Origin: Oscillospiraceae bacterium
GTDB taxonomy: Bacteria > Bacillota > Clostridia > Oscillospirales > Oscillospiraceae
Length of the DNA stretch: 62,816 nucleotides
Direction of reading: 5' to 3'
NCBI GenBank assembly: GCA_902802215.1
Contig: CADCLH010000001.1
Coordinates: 17,327-80,142 of the forward strand
The notes under the pieces: model-generated
Databases searched by the model: none
Seen by the model: the letters and a program-made list of their open reading frames with translations, nothing else
Told to the model about the DNA's origin: nothing
Program-made: the position numbers and the translations under genes
Part shown: one piece after another, positions 9,687-19,899 of the stretch
Position numbering within the stretch: position 1 is the first letter of the stretch
Layout: each line of letters starts with the position of its first letter

Positions 9687-11771
9687 TTACTTCTTTCCCG
9701 TCTCGGGGTCCGGGCCGAAGAGCTGGCCGTAGTAGTCGTACTCCGAGATGACCCAGGAGAGGTTGATGCGGTTGAGGACCTCGGCGCGGATACGCTTCAC
9801 ATAGTCTTTGTCCGTTTCCCTGCCGGGGGCGGGCGTGAAGGTGCTTGTGCCCGCATCGAAGCTGCCTTCCTCCGTGATCCAGCTTTGATTGTTCCAGAAC
9901 ACCAGGCGCTCGGCCCCGCCGAACACGTCGCTGCCCGCCAGCAGGCGGGAGTCGTATTCCAGACCGAAGAGATTGGAGAGCGTCGGAAGGATGTCGAGAC
10001 TCGATACCGGGCCGCTGACGCGGATCGGCTCGTCCCGCGTCTCCAGAGAGCCGCACCAGATGATCGCCGCGTTGTGATCGCGCTTCCATTTCGTGTCGGG
10101 GATGTAGCCGTAGAGCTCCGCCAGCTCGTCGTAATAATTGCCCCATGCCGCGCTCGGGCTGAGCCCGTAGGGGTAATGATCCGGCACCATCGCGATCACG
10201 GTATCGTCTGCGACGCCCGCTTCTTCCAGACTCCGCAGGAGACTCTCCATGGCGTACTCCAGCTCCATGTTGCAGGCCAGATAGGCGTTGACCGTCTCCG
10301 AGTTCGGAAGATCCTCGGTGACCGCCCGGTTCTTTTCGGACATGTCGTTTCCGGAAAAGCTGTAGCCCGCATGACCGCTGATCGTCATGTAGTACACGCT
10401 GAAGGGCCGGTGATCGAGATACTGGGGAAGCGTGTATTCGATCATTTCCAGATCGCTGCCGGGGGCCAGCCCCTTGGTGAGCCCCTCCTCCAGCCCGTTG
10501 CCGAGACCGTAGTACTCCGCATAACCGAGGTTCTGATGCGTCGTGTTGCGGTTGTAATACGCGTATCTGCCGTTGTGGTAGGCGCGGCTGAAATAGCCGA
10601 GGCGCTGCAGCTGGTTGCCCATGGTAAAATACAGGTTGTTGTCGAGCGAGTTCATCATGTCCAGCGGGTCCGTCGGCGCGAGGCCCGTCAGCCAGGAGTA
10701 CTCGCCGGTCGAGGTGCCGCCGCCCCAGGAGGGCTGGTAGAAGTCCTCGAACACGATGCCGCGGCTGGCCAGCCGGTACAGCGCCGGCGTACGTTCGGGG
10801 TCGATGACCTCCTTCGTAAACGCCTCCGCCGTGATGAGGATCAGGTTCTTCCCGGCAAAGATGCCGGTGTACTCGTTTTTCATGGTGGGCTGCCGGGTCT
10901 GGATATACTCGGAGAGGGCGACGACCTGCGCTGGCCGGGTCGCCCGGGTGAAATCCAGATCCATGACGTTCGGTCCTGTGTCTCTCTCCGGCTCGGGAGA
11001 GGCGGGCTCCGGCGCGTCGGGAGCGGCGATCTCCGTTTCCGCTGCGGGCGCGGCAGGAGGCGCCGTTTCGGCCGGGGGCTCCACGACAAAGTCCGTTTTT
11101 TCCGAGCGGAGGGGAGCGGCCGCCTCGCGCGTCAGCGCGGTCATGAGACCGAAGCTGCGCACGGCGCTGTCATAGCTGCGGCGCGCCCGATCGTTTGCGC
11201 GCAGCTCCGCGCTGCGGTTGTGAAGCCCATAGGAGGCGAAGGAAAACACGACGGTCAGCACGGCGCAGAGCAGCAGCGCGCGGCGTCGTCTCGGCGCGCC
11301 CGGGGGGAGAAGCCGGCAAAGCAGCGAAAAGAGCAGGACCGGAATGTGATAGAGCAGGATCATGGGCAGGCCGTGGACGACGGCGCTGACAACGCTGCTG
11401 CCGAAATCGGCAAAGACGTCTCCGGTCTCCCGGGCGATGATGGCGGGACTCATGAAGACCCCATAGGAGTTGTCCATGAAAAAGGCGATCAGATACCAGA
11501 GCGTGAAAAGCTCCATCCAGACAAGGCAGAGGACGCGGGAGGCCCGCGCCCCGCGGGGCAGGAAACAGATCAGGGCAGCGACGGAGGCACAGGCAAAGGC
11601 GCAGCAGAGCGCGCCGGGCAGTCCGTCGAACAGGAGGGGAAGCGAGCAGGAGGCCCGGAGCAAGAGCTCGAGATACAGCACGGTGACAAGAAGGCAGGTG
11701 AGAGGATGAAACAGAGACCGCGTCCCTGCCGCTTTCGCCGTCCGGTCCCGATGCCCGTTCAAAATTGCCAT
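9687..11771 (-). CDS. LTA synthase / sulfatase-family membrane protein
   Basis: AGGAGG SD. N-terminal multi-TM region, Ala/Pro-rich linker, then an alkaline-phosphatase/sulfatase-type domain (LILITAEAF..., TSTGEYSWLTG, MVPDHYPYG). Confidence 0.8.
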   Translation of the reverse strand: MAILNGHRDRTAKAAGTRSLFHPLTCLLVTVLYLELLLRASCSLPLLFDGLPGALCCAFACASVAALICFLPRGARASRVLCLVWMELFTLWYLIAFFMDNSYGVFMSPAIIARETGDVFADFGSSVVSAVVHGLPMILLYHIPVLLFSLLCRLLPPGAPRRRRALLLCAVLTVVFSFASYGLHNRSAELRANDRARRSYDSAVRSFGLMTALTREAAAPLRSEKTDFVVEPPAETAPPAAPAAETEIAAPDAPEPASPEPERDTGPNVMDLDFTRATRPAQVVALSEYIQTRQPTMKNEYTGIFAGKNLILITAEAFTKEVIDPERTPALYRLASRGIVFEDFYQPSWGGGTSTGEYSWLTGLAPTDPLDMMNSLDNNLYFTMGNQLQRLGYFSRAYHNGRYAYYNRNTTHQNLGYAEYYGLGNGLEEGLTKGLAPGSDLEMIEYTLPQYLDHRPFSVYYMTISGHAGYSFSGNDMSEKNRAVTEDLPNSETVNAYLACNMELEYAMESLLRSLEEAGVADDTVIAMVPDHYPYGLSPSAAWGNYYDELAELYGYIPDTKWKRDHNAAIIWCGSLETRDEPIRVSGPVSSLDILPTLSNLFGLEYDSRLLAGSDVFGGAERLVFWNNQSWITEEGSFDAGTSTFTPAPGRETDKDYVKRIRAEVLNRINLSWVISEYDYYGQLFGPDPETGKK

Positions 11772-12055
11772 GATCGTTCCTCCTGTTGACGCGGCGCCTG
11801 AATGAAGTTGATTTTACCGTATGACAGAAAAAATGACAAGACCCTTTTCCGACGCCGGAACGTGACGCCGGGAGCCCTGTTTTCCCATCCGAAGCCGGAG
11901 AAGAAAGGCGCGCCGCGGCGGGAGAGCACAGGAGGAAACGTGAACGCGAAAACACAAGATGTGGACCGTTCTCCCACAGCGACCACCAGAAATAGTGTGA
12001 ACTTTTTTCAGCAAAAACGTGCAAGAAAAAGTCAAAATATAACAAAAAGTTTCGC

Positions 12056-12084
12056 TTGCTTTTTCCAATTGGCTCCCCTATAAT
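12056..12084 (+). promoter_or_regulatory. dcw-cluster (mraZ) promoter
   Basis: TTGCTT (12056-12061), 17 nt spacer, TATAAT (12079-12084). Confidence 0.6.
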
Positions 12085-12092
12085 AAAATCGG

Positions 12093-12121
12093 AAGTGGTT
12101 AAAAGTGGGGCAAAATGGGTG
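12093..12121 (+). promoter_or_regulatory. Putative MraZ operator (three direct repeats)
   Basis: AAGTGGT (12093), AAGTGGG (12103), AATGGGT (12114) at 10-11 bp spacing, just downstream of the -10 box. Confidence 0.55.
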
Positions 12122-12149
12122 GTTTGCCCACACATGGGGGGACACGCAT

Positions 12150-12566
12150 ATGACAGGGGAATACCAGCATTCTCTTGACAGCAAGGGAAGGCTGTTTATA
12201 CCCGCCAAGCTCCGGGACGAGCTGGGCGAGGTGTTTTTTATCACGATTTCGATGGATCGCTGCCTCTGCGCCTACAGCGCCGAGAGCTGGAAAAATTTGT
12301 CTGAGCGCGTCAGCGCCATGCCGTATGTCAAGCAGCGGAAGATGCGTCCGCTCTTTGCCCATGCGGCCCGCTGCGAGCTGGACGCGCAGGGCAGGACGCT
12401 GATCCCGCAGAACCTGCGCGAGTACGCGGGCTTCGTCAAGAACGTGACGGTCGTCGGCTGCAACAACCACGCCGAGCTCTGGGACAGTGAGGCCTGGGAG
12501 AGCGTGTTCCGCGAGGAGACCACGCCGGAGAATATCGCGGCGGTCATGGAGGAACTGGAGTTTTGA
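12150..12566 (+). CDS. mraZ: Transcriptional regulator MraZ
   Basis: MTGEYQHSLDSKGRLFIPAKLRDEL and second half ELDAQGRTLIPQNLREYA (duplicated SpoVT/AbrB-type DxxxR motifs). Confidence 0.95.
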   Translation: MTGEYQHSLDSKGRLFIPAKLRDELGEVFFITISMDRCLCAYSAESWKNLSERVSAMPYVKQRKMRPLFAHAARCELDAQGRTLIPQNLREYAGFVKNVTVVGCNNHAELWDSEAWESVFREETTPENIAAVMEELEF

Positions 12567-13516
12567 CGCAGAACGCTTTGGAGCAGACGCCGCGGCATGT
12601 GTCGGTCCTGCTCAGGGAATGCATCGACAATCTGAATATCAGGCCCGACGGAATCTATCTGGACGGAACGCTCGGCATGGGAGGTCACTCGTACGAGATC
12701 GCCTCCCGGCTCAGCACCGGCCGCCTCGTCGGCATCGACCGGGACGCCACGGCCATCGAAAGAGCCGGCAGGCGTCTTGCGCCTTTTGCGGAGCGCGTGA
12801 CGCTCGTGCACGGGAACTTCGCCGACGCGGCGGCGATCCTCGACTCGCTCGGGATCGGGAGCGTCGACGGGATGCTGTTCGATCTGGGGGTCTCCTCGCC
12901 GCAGCTTGACGAGGCCGAACGGGGCTTTTCCTATATGGAGGACGCGCGGCTCGACATGCGCATGGACGCCGGAGCCGGCCTCAGCGCGTACGAGGTGGTC
13001 AACTCCTGGGACGAATCAAGGCTCAACCGCATCCTGTGGGATTACGGCGAGGAGCGCTACGCAAGACGCATCACCGCGGCGATCCTCAAACGGAGAGAGG
13101 AACGTCCGATCGAAACGACGCTCGAGCTGGTGGACGTGATCCGCTCCGCCATGCCCGCTCCCGCGCTGCGGGAGAAGCAGCACCCGGCCAAGCGCACGTT
13201 CCAGGCCATCCGCATCGCCGTCAACGACGAGCTCGGCGCGGTGTCCGCCATGATGGATACGGCGCCGGACAAGCTGAGGCCCGGCGGGAGACTGTGCGTG
13301 ATCAGCTTTCACTCGCTCGAGGACCGCATCGTCAAGAACGCCATTCAGGCGCGGGAGAACGGCTGCACCTGCCCGCGGGAGGCGCCGGTCTGCACCTGCG
13401 GCTTCGTGCGCACGCTCCGGAGCGTCAGCCGCAAGCCCATCGTGCCGGGCCCCGAAGAGCTCGCGGCGAATCCGAGGGCGCGCAGCGCCAAGCTGCGCGT
13501 GGCCGAACGGGTATGA
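12563..13516 (+). CDS. rsmH: 16S rRNA (cytosine1402-N4)-methyltransferase
   Basis: HVSVLLRECIDNL..., DGTLGMGGHS, FDLGVSSPQLD, SFHSLEDRIVK. TTG start overlaps the mraZ stop. Confidence 0.95.
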   Translation: MTQNALEQTPRHVSVLLRECIDNLNIRPDGIYLDGTLGMGGHSYEIASRLSTGRLVGIDRDATAIERAGRRLAPFAERVTLVHGNFADAAAILDSLGIGSVDGMLFDLGVSSPQLDEAERGFSYMEDARLDMRMDAGAGLSAYEVVNSWDESRLNRILWDYGEERYARRITAAILKRREERPIETTLELVDVIRSAMPAPALREKQHPAKRTFQAIRIAVNDELGAVSAMMDTAPDKLRPGGRLCVISFHSLEDRIVKNAIQARENGCTCPREAPVCTCGFVRTLRSVSRKPIVPGPEELAANPRARSAKLRVAERV

Positions 13517-13803
13517 AAAACCCGGAAGAACGGGCGGAGCGTCTGTTCCGCTTCGTGTGCCTGAGCTTTTCGGCTCTGATGCTGGTGCTTGGCCTGTTCT
13601 GGCAGATCCGCCTCGTGCGCTTGCAGGAGCAGATCGACTCTCTGGAGTCGGCGATCCGCCTGGCGCAGGACGAGGGGAAGCTCCTGACGATCCGGCTGGA
13701 GAGCAGCCCGACGCTTGAAGAGCTGGAGGAGACCGCCGTCACGCGCTTCGGCATGCAGCATCCGACGCAGGGGCAGCTGATAGAGATCGAGTATCTGGGA
13801 TAA
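13513..13803 (+). CDS. ftsL: Cell division protein FtsL-like
   Basis: 96 aa with one TM (FVCLSFSALMLVLGLFW) followed by a coiled coil. ATGA overlap with rsmH. Conserved position in the dcw cluster. Confidence 0.75.
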   Translation: MKNPEERAERLFRFVCLSFSALMLVLGLFWQIRLVRLQEQIDSLESAIRLAQDEGKLLTIRLESSPTLEELEETAVTRFGMQHPTQGQLIEIEYLG

Positions 13804-13855
13804 GACTATGGGCCTCCGAATAGAATGAAGAAGATTCTTCACGCGGGGGCGGACC

Positions 13856-16168
13856 ATGAAACAGGAAAACGGGGACGGCGCGCAGGCCGTCCGTCTGAGC
13901 CGGCAGATGCTCCGGCGCGGCGCGGCGCTGGCCGCGCTGTTCGGGATCGGAATGCTGGCCGTACTGCTGGCGCGGCTCTACCGCCTGCAGATCAGCCAGC
14001 ACGATTTTTATGAGTCGCTTGCACTCGAACAGCAGCTCCGCGAGACGAAGGGCGCCGCGGCGCGCGGGTCGATCACCGACACCAACGGCAACCCGCTGGC
14101 CGTCAGCGCGACGGTTGAGAACGTCTATCTCAGCCCGATGGAGATCGAGGCCGACGGAGAGGACCGCGAGCTGATCGCCCGGGGCCTGGCCGAGATCCTG
14201 GGGACCGACCCGGACGACCTCTACGAAAAGACCGGGCGCAAGGGGAGCTGGTATGTCACCGCCGCCCGCAAGCTCGAACGCGAACAGGCGGACCGGGTCC
14301 GGGCCTTCAAGGCCGAGCACGGCCTGAAGGGCGTGCGCCTCGAGGCGGACACCAAGCGCTATTATCCCAACTCCCGTCTGGCCTGCCACCTGCTCGGCTT
14401 CGTCGGCACGGACAACGTCGGCCTCGAGGGGATCGAGGCGCGGTACGACGAGGTCCTCGCCGGTACGGCCGCCCGCTCGCTCCGGGCGACCAACGCCTAC
14501 GGCAGCGAGCTGCTGTTCTCGCGCTATGAGGACTACCGGGCGGGAGAGGAAGGCAGCGACATTGTCTTGACGCTCGACGCCACGGTGCAGTATTATGTGG
14601 AAAAGCATCTGCGGCAGGCGGCGCTGGACTACGACGCCGTCAACGGCGCGGGCGCGATCGCCATGGACCCGAAAACCGGCGCGATCCTCGCCATGGCTTC
14701 TCTGGACGATTACGATCCGAACGACTTTCTTTCGATCGGGGAGCGCGCGCGGGAGCAGGCCGACGAGGCGCAGAGCGAGGAGGAACGCGCACAGCGCATC
14801 CGGGAGGCCCAGACCAGACAGTGGCGCAACAAGGCCCTGTCGGACACCTACGAGCCGGGCTCCACCTTCAAGATCATTACGCTGGCCATGGCCCTCGAGG
14901 AGGGCAAGGTCAGCCTTACGGACAGCTTTTACTGCGGCGGCAGCGTCAGCGTGACGGGCCGCACGAACCCCATCCGCTGCTGGAAGAGCGGCGGACACGG
15001 CAGCCAGAGCCTGACGCAGGCGGTGCAGCACTCCTGCAACGCCGCCTTCGTCAACATCGGTCTGCGCGTCGGCGCGGAGCGCTTTTACGACTACTGCGAG
15101 GCCTTCGGCTTCCTGAAGCTCTCCGACGACCCGGACGCGAGCCTCAGCGCCCGCACGGGCGTGGATCTCGCGGGGGAGAGCGGGAGCATCTGGTGGAGCC
15201 GCAACACCTTCTGTTCAAAGAAAAACCTCTCCCAGCTCGCCGCGGCCTCCTTCGGCCAGACCTTTACCATCACGCCGCTGCAGCTCGTATGCGCCGTCAG
15301 CGCCTGCGTCAACGGCGGCTACCTGATGGAGCCCTATGTCGTGCGGCAGATCGTCGCGCCGGACGGCACCGTCGCCATGAACCGCGAGCCCCATGTCGTG
15401 CGGCAGGTCATCAGCGAGAACACCAGCCGGCAGGTGCGCGCCATCCTCGAGCAGGTGGTCGGCGACCCGAAGGAGGGGACCGGCCGCAACGCCGCCGTCA
15501 CCGGCTACCGCATCGGCGGGAAGACGGGGACCAGCGAGAAGGTCAGTCTCGAGGCCAGGACCGGCCAGAAGGAGTATATCGTCTCCTTCATCGGCTTCGC
15601 CCCGGCGGACGATCCGAAGATCGTACTGCTGGTGTTTCTCGACACGCCCTCGGACAAATCCGGGGTCTACGTCAGCGGCGGCCAGATGGCCGCGCCCGTC
15701 GTCGGACGGATGCTGGCGGATATCCTGCCCTATCTGGGCGTCGCGCCGGGCAGCGGCGGCGCCGTGGAGGCCCATATGCCCGCCTGCGCCGGCCTGCCGC
15801 TTACCGACGCGGCAAAGCGCGTCAGGGAGGCGGGGCTGCGCTTCCGGACCATCGGGGACGGCGACACGGTCACCGATCAGCTCCCCGCGGCGGGAAGCGA
15901 GATCGCGGAGGGGACCGAGATCATCCTCTACCTCGGCGCGGACATCTCGCCGGAGAGCGAGTGCGTGCCGGAGCTGACCGGCTTGAGCTACGAGGAAGCG
16001 CGCGATGTGCTTTCCTACTACGGATTATATCTGAACACCAGAAGCGCGCTCGGCGGCGAACGGACCGTCAGCGCACAGAGCCTGCCCGCCGGAGCGCTCG
16101 CCGAGCACGGGACCGTGCTCGAGGTGACGCTGGTCGATCAGGACGAGACCATGCTGGGAAAATACTGA
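13856..16168 (+). CDS. Class B penicillin-binding protein (FtsI/SpoVD-type) with two PASTA domains
   Basis: Transpeptidase motifs STFK, SCN and KTGT. Two C-terminal PASTA-like repeats (MPACAGLPLTDAAKRV..., VPELTGLSYEEARDVL...). Confidence 0.9.
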   Translation: MKQENGDGAQAVRLSRQMLRRGAALAALFGIGMLAVLLARLYRLQISQHDFYESLALEQQLRETKGAAARGSITDTNGNPLAVSATVENVYLSPMEIEADGEDRELIARGLAEILGTDPDDLYEKTGRKGSWYVTAARKLEREQADRVRAFKAEHGLKGVRLEADTKRYYPNSRLACHLLGFVGTDNVGLEGIEARYDEVLAGTAARSLRATNAYGSELLFSRYEDYRAGEEGSDIVLTLDATVQYYVEKHLRQAALDYDAVNGAGAIAMDPKTGAILAMASLDDYDPNDFLSIGERAREQADEAQSEEERAQRIREAQTRQWRNKALSDTYEPGSTFKIITLAMALEEGKVSLTDSFYCGGSVSVTGRTNPIRCWKSGGHGSQSLTQAVQHSCNAAFVNIGLRVGAERFYDYCEAFGFLKLSDDPDASLSARTGVDLAGESGSIWWSRNTFCSKKNLSQLAAASFGQTFTITPLQLVCAVSACVNGGYLMEPYVVRQIVAPDGTVAMNREPHVVRQVISENTSRQVRAILEQVVGDPKEGTGRNAAVTGYRIGGKTGTSEKVSLEARTGQKEYIVSFIGFAPADDPKIVLLVFLDTPSDKSGVYVSGGQMAAPVVGRMLADILPYLGVAPGSGGAVEAHMPACAGLPLTDAAKRVREAGLRFRTIGDGDTVTDQLPAAGSEIAEGTEIILYLGADISPESECVPELTGLSYEEARDVLSYYGLYLNTRSALGGERTVSAQSLPAGALAEHGTVLEVTLVDQDETMLGKY

Positions 16169-16201
16169 TCATACTGACAGAGTGGAAAAGGGGGAACTGA
16201 C

Positions 16202-17659
16202 ATGAAGCTGGGGAAACTGCTGGAGAACATTCCGGTGCTGGAGCTCTGCGCCGATCCGGAGACCGAGATCACCGGCATCAGCTACGATTCGCGCAATACG
16301 CAGCCGGGGGATCTCTTCGTCGCCATCAAGGGCTTTGAGGCCGACGGGCACCGCTTCATCCCCAAGGCGGTCGCCAACGGCGCCGCAGCCGTGCTGTGCG
16401 AGGACGCGCCCGCGGACGGGACGCCGTTCGCAAGAGTCGCAGACTGCCGCTGCGGGCTCGCCATCGTCAGCCGCGACTTCTTCGGCAACCCCGCCGGGGA
16501 GATGAAGGTCATCGGCTTTACCGGGACCAGCGGCAAGACCAGCTCGACCCAGATCCTCAAGCATGTGCTGGAAAGTCAGCTCGGCGCCAAGGTGGGTCTG
16601 ATCGGGACCAACGGCAACATGATCGGCGACGAGCTTCTCCACACCGAGCACACCACGCCCGAGAGCTACGAGCTGCACAGGCTCTTTCGCCGGATGGCCG
16701 ACGCGGGCTGTACCCATGTGGTGATGGAGGTCTCCTCCCACTCGCTGACGCTCGAACGCGTGGCGGGCATCACCTTTGACGTGGCCGTGTTCACCAATCT
16801 CTCGCAGGACCATCTGGACCTGCACGGGACCATGGAGGCCTACGCCGAGGCCAAGCGGAAGATCTTCTCCCAGTGCCGCGTCGGCTGCATCAACGCCGAC
16901 GACGGGCGCGCGGCCTTTATGGCCGAGGGCGCGAAGTGCCCGATCTTCACCTATTCGGCGAAGGACAACGGCGCGGACCTCGTGGCCAAGGACATCCGGC
17001 TCACGGCCTCCGGCGTGCGCTTCGCGGCGGTCAGCGCCGGGGAGCTTGCGCTGACGAAGCTCGCGATCCCGGGGATGTTCTCGGTGTACAACGCGCTGAG
17101 CGTGACGGCGGCAGGCCTGTGTCTCGGCCTGTCCCTGCAAGACTGCGCCGAGGGCCTCGCGTCGGCAAAGGGCGTCAAGGGGCGGATGGAGTCCGTCCCC
17201 ACGGACGGGGATTACAGCATCCTCATCGATTACTCCCACAAGCCGGACGCGCTGGAAAAGGCGCTCAAGACCCTCCGGCCCGTGACGAAGGGACGGCTCA
17301 CGGTGCTCTTCGGCTGCGGCGGCGACCGGGACCGCGTCAAGCGGCCCATCATGGGCGCGATCGCCGCGCAGAACGCCGACCTCGTCATCGTGACCAGCGA
17401 CAACCCGCGCACCGAGGAGCCGATGGCGATCATCAACGAGATCGTGCCGGGCCTCAAAAAAGGGCGCGCCGCCTCCAAGGTCATCTGCGACAGGATCGAA
17501 GCGATCTGTTGGGCTATTGACAACGCGGGTCCGGGTGATGTAATATTGCTTGCCGGGAAAGGCCACGAGGACTACCAGATCGTCGGCCATGAAAAGCACC
17601 ATATGGATGAGCGCGAAATCGTCGCGGAGCATCTGCAGAAACGAAAACAAGGACGTTGA
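16202..17659 (+). CDS. murE: UDP-MurNAc-L-Ala-D-Glu:meso-DAP ligase
   Basis: GFTGTSGKTS P-loop, DNPR motif (SDNPRTEEP) typical of DAP-adding MurE. Confidence 0.95.
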   Translation: MKLGKLLENIPVLELCADPETEITGISYDSRNTQPGDLFVAIKGFEADGHRFIPKAVANGAAAVLCEDAPADGTPFARVADCRCGLAIVSRDFFGNPAGEMKVIGFTGTSGKTSSTQILKHVLESQLGAKVGLIGTNGNMIGDELLHTEHTTPESYELHRLFRRMADAGCTHVVMEVSSHSLTLERVAGITFDVAVFTNLSQDHLDLHGTMEAYAEAKRKIFSQCRVGCINADDGRAAFMAEGAKCPIFTYSAKDNGADLVAKDIRLTASGVRFAAVSAGELALTKLAIPGMFSVYNALSVTAAGLCLGLSLQDCAEGLASAKGVKGRMESVPTDGDYSILIDYSHKPDALEKALKTLRPVTKGRLTVLFGCGGDRDRVKRPIMGAIAAQNADLVIVTSDNPRTEEPMAIINEIVPGLKKGRAASKVICDRIEAICWAIDNAGPGDVILLAGKGHEDYQIVGHEKHHMDEREIVAEHLQKRKQGR

Positions 17660-17684
17660 CCGTCCCTGAAACCGGGAGAACCCT

Positions 17685-18692
17685 ATGACGATCAAGCTGA
17701 TAACTTCCTTCGTCCTGGCTTTTCTGTTCGCCAGCGCCTTCGGGAAATACTACGTCCCCTGGCTGCGCAGACAGAAGCTGGGGCAGGAGATCAAGAGCGA
17801 AGTGGAATGGCATAAGAGCAAGAGCGGCACCCCCACCATGGGCGGCGTGATGTTCATCCTCGCCGTGACGCTCTGCTGCCTGACCGTCGGCGCGGACGGC
17901 ATGCTCCACGGACGCTTCGAGCATATCTTCGTGCTGCTGTTCGCCCTGGTGTTCGGCGCGATCGGCTTTCTGGACGACTGGGAAAAGCTCAAGAAAAAAG
18001 AGAACATGGGCCTGTCCACCAGAGCCAAGTTCCTGCTTCAGCTCGCCGCGGCGCTGGTGTTCATCCTGATCATGCGCCAGACCGGCTTCGTGCACACCCA
18101 CCTGTATCTCCCGTTTTCGCAGCGCATCGTCTACATGCCCGAATGGCTGTTCTTCATCTTCGCCGCCTTCGTTATCGTCGGTACGGTCAACGCCGTCAAC
18201 ATCACCGACGGGGTGGACGGCCTGGCTACCGGGACCTCGCTGCCGGTGTTCCTGTTCTTCGTCGCCGTCGCCCTCCTGTGGGGACCGCGCTTCCAGGAGC
18301 TCGGGATCTTCGCCTCCGGTATGGTCGGCGGCCTGCTGGGCTTTCTGATCTACAACTTCAACCCCGCCAAGTGCTTCATGGGCGACACGGGCTCGCTCTT
18401 CCTCGGCGGCGCGATCGCGGCGCTTGCCTTCGCCTTCGACATGCCCCTGATCCTGATCACGCTGGGCTTCCTCTTTATTATCGAGACGCTCTCCGACATC
18501 ATTCAGGTCACGTATTTCAAGCTCACCCACGGCAAGCGCGTCTTTAAAATGGCCCCCTTCCACCATCATCTGGAAAAGGGCGGCTGGACCGGAAAAAAAT
18601 GGACGGAAAAAGAGCTGTTCGCTCTGTTTACCGGAATATCTCTGCTGATGGCGATCATATCCTTTATAGGGGTATATCATCGTTACCCCTGA
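17685..18692 (+). CDS. mraY: Phospho-N-acetylmuramoyl-pentapeptide transferase
   Basis: GTPTMGG, NAVNITDGVDGLA, MGDTGSLFLGG, APFHHHLE motifs. Confidence 0.95.
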   Translation: MTIKLITSFVLAFLFASAFGKYYVPWLRRQKLGQEIKSEVEWHKSKSGTPTMGGVMFILAVTLCCLTVGADGMLHGRFEHIFVLLFALVFGAIGFLDDWEKLKKKENMGLSTRAKFLLQLAAALVFILIMRQTGFVHTHLYLPFSQRIVYMPEWLFFIFAAFVIVGTVNAVNITDGVDGLATGTSLPVFLFFVAVALLWGPRFQELGIFASGMVGGLLGFLIYNFNPAKCFMGDTGSLFLGGAIAALAFAFDMPLILITLGFLFIIETLSDIIQVTYFKLTHGKRVFKMAPFHHHLEKGGWTGKKWTEKELFALFTGISLLMAIISFIGVYHRYP

Positions 18693-18722
18693 AAAAGGAC
18701 CTGAGGTCGGGGAGGTGGGAGC

Positions 18723-19880
18723 ATGCGTTATGACGGCGCCCGCCTCACCGGCCTTTCTGATGCGAAAAACGTCGGACGGCGCCCGGCCTTTGACGGGCCC
18801 TTTTTTACGATCTCCATGCTGCTGCTCGCGGCGGGGGTGGTGATGGTCCTCTCGGCCAGCTACCCGCGCGCCTGGTACGATCCGGCGCACGTGACCGGGG
18901 GAAACGCCGTCTATTACTTCGTGCGCCAGCTCGTGTTCGCGCTGCTCGGCGTGGGGGCCATGCTGCTGGCGTCCCGGCTGCCGATGGCCTTCTACCGGCG
19001 CGTCGCCTTCCCCTTCCTGTTCGGGACCGTGTTTCTGCTGATGCTCGTCCCGCTGATCGGCGTCAAGGCCAACGGCTCGCGCCGCTGGCTGGGGATCGGG
19101 GGACTCACGCTCCAGCCCTCGGAGCTGGCAAAGCTCGCGGTCATTTTGAGCTTCGCGGTGCTGATCTGCCGCTTCCGCGGCAGGATGCGGTCCTTCCGCT
19201 GGGGCATCCTGCCCTTCGCCGGGATCCTCGGCGTGCTGGTCGGGCTGCTCGTGCTCGAGCCGCACTTCTCCGCGTCGGTCATTCTGCTCGCCATCGGCGC
19301 GGTGATGCTCTTCCTCGGCGGGGTGAGGCTCGGCTGGTTTGCCGGGGCCTTCGGCGCCGCCGGCGCGGGACTGGCCGTGCTGCTGACCTTCTTCCCCTAT
19401 GCGTCCTCGCGCGTCAACACCTGGCGCGACCCCTTCTCCGACACCTCGGACCGGGGCTACCAGATCGTGCAGTCCCTGTATACGATCGGCTCCGGCGGGC
19501 TGAGCGGGCTCGGCCTCGGCGGGAGCAGACAGAAGTTCCTGTATCTGCCCGAGGAGCACAACGACTTCATCTTCTCCGTCGTGTGCGAGGAGCTGGGCTT
19601 CATCGGCGCGGCGCTGATCCTGTGCCTGTTCGCCCTGCTGATCCTGCGCGGCTTCTGGATCGCTTTCCACTGCCGCGGCCGCTTCAGCTTCCTGGTCGTG
19701 GCCGGGATCACCTCGCTGCTGGCGATCCAGGTCTTCCTGAACGTCGCGGTGGTGACCAACCTCGTGCCCTGCACGGGCATCTCCCTGCCGCTGTTCAGCT
19801 ACGGCGGCACCGCGCTGCTGATCCAGCTGTTCGAGCTCGGGATCGTCCTGAGCGCCTCGCGCGACATCCCCGAGCATTAG
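18723..19880 (+). CDS. ftsW: SEDS peptidoglycan polymerase FtsW/SpoVE
   Basis: RWLGIGGLTLQPSELAKLAVIL, PEEHNDFIFSVVCEELGFIGA, SYGGTALL motifs. Confidence 0.9.
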   Translation: MRYDGARLTGLSDAKNVGRRPAFDGPFFTISMLLLAAGVVMVLSASYPRAWYDPAHVTGGNAVYYFVRQLVFALLGVGAMLLASRLPMAFYRRVAFPFLFGTVFLLMLVPLIGVKANGSRRWLGIGGLTLQPSELAKLAVILSFAVLICRFRGRMRSFRWGILPFAGILGVLVGLLVLEPHFSASVILLAIGAVMLFLGGVRLGWFAGAFGAAGAGLAVLLTFFPYASSRVNTWRDPFSDTSDRGYQIVQSLYTIGSGGLSGLGLGGSRQKFLYLPEEHNDFIFSVVCEELGFIGAALILCLFALLILRGFWIAFHCRGRFSFLVVAGITSLLAIQVFLNVAVVTNLVPCTGISLPLFSYGGTALLIQLFELGIVLSASRDIPEH

Positions 19881-19899
19881 AGAAAGGAAGAAAAGAACC

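Noticed and set aside
12056-12075. About 15-nt similarity between the mraZ promoter (TTGCTTTTTCCAATTG) and the cassette promoter at 47354 (TTGCTTTTCCAATTG)
   Set aside because: A few chance 15-mer matches are expected in a 63-kb window on two strands. This one also needs an indel and has no flanking similarity.
11802-12244. Several 70-93-aa ORFs in the LtaS-mraZ intergenic region
   Set aside because: They overlap the dcw promoter and operator, and they have no SD and no recognisable motifs.
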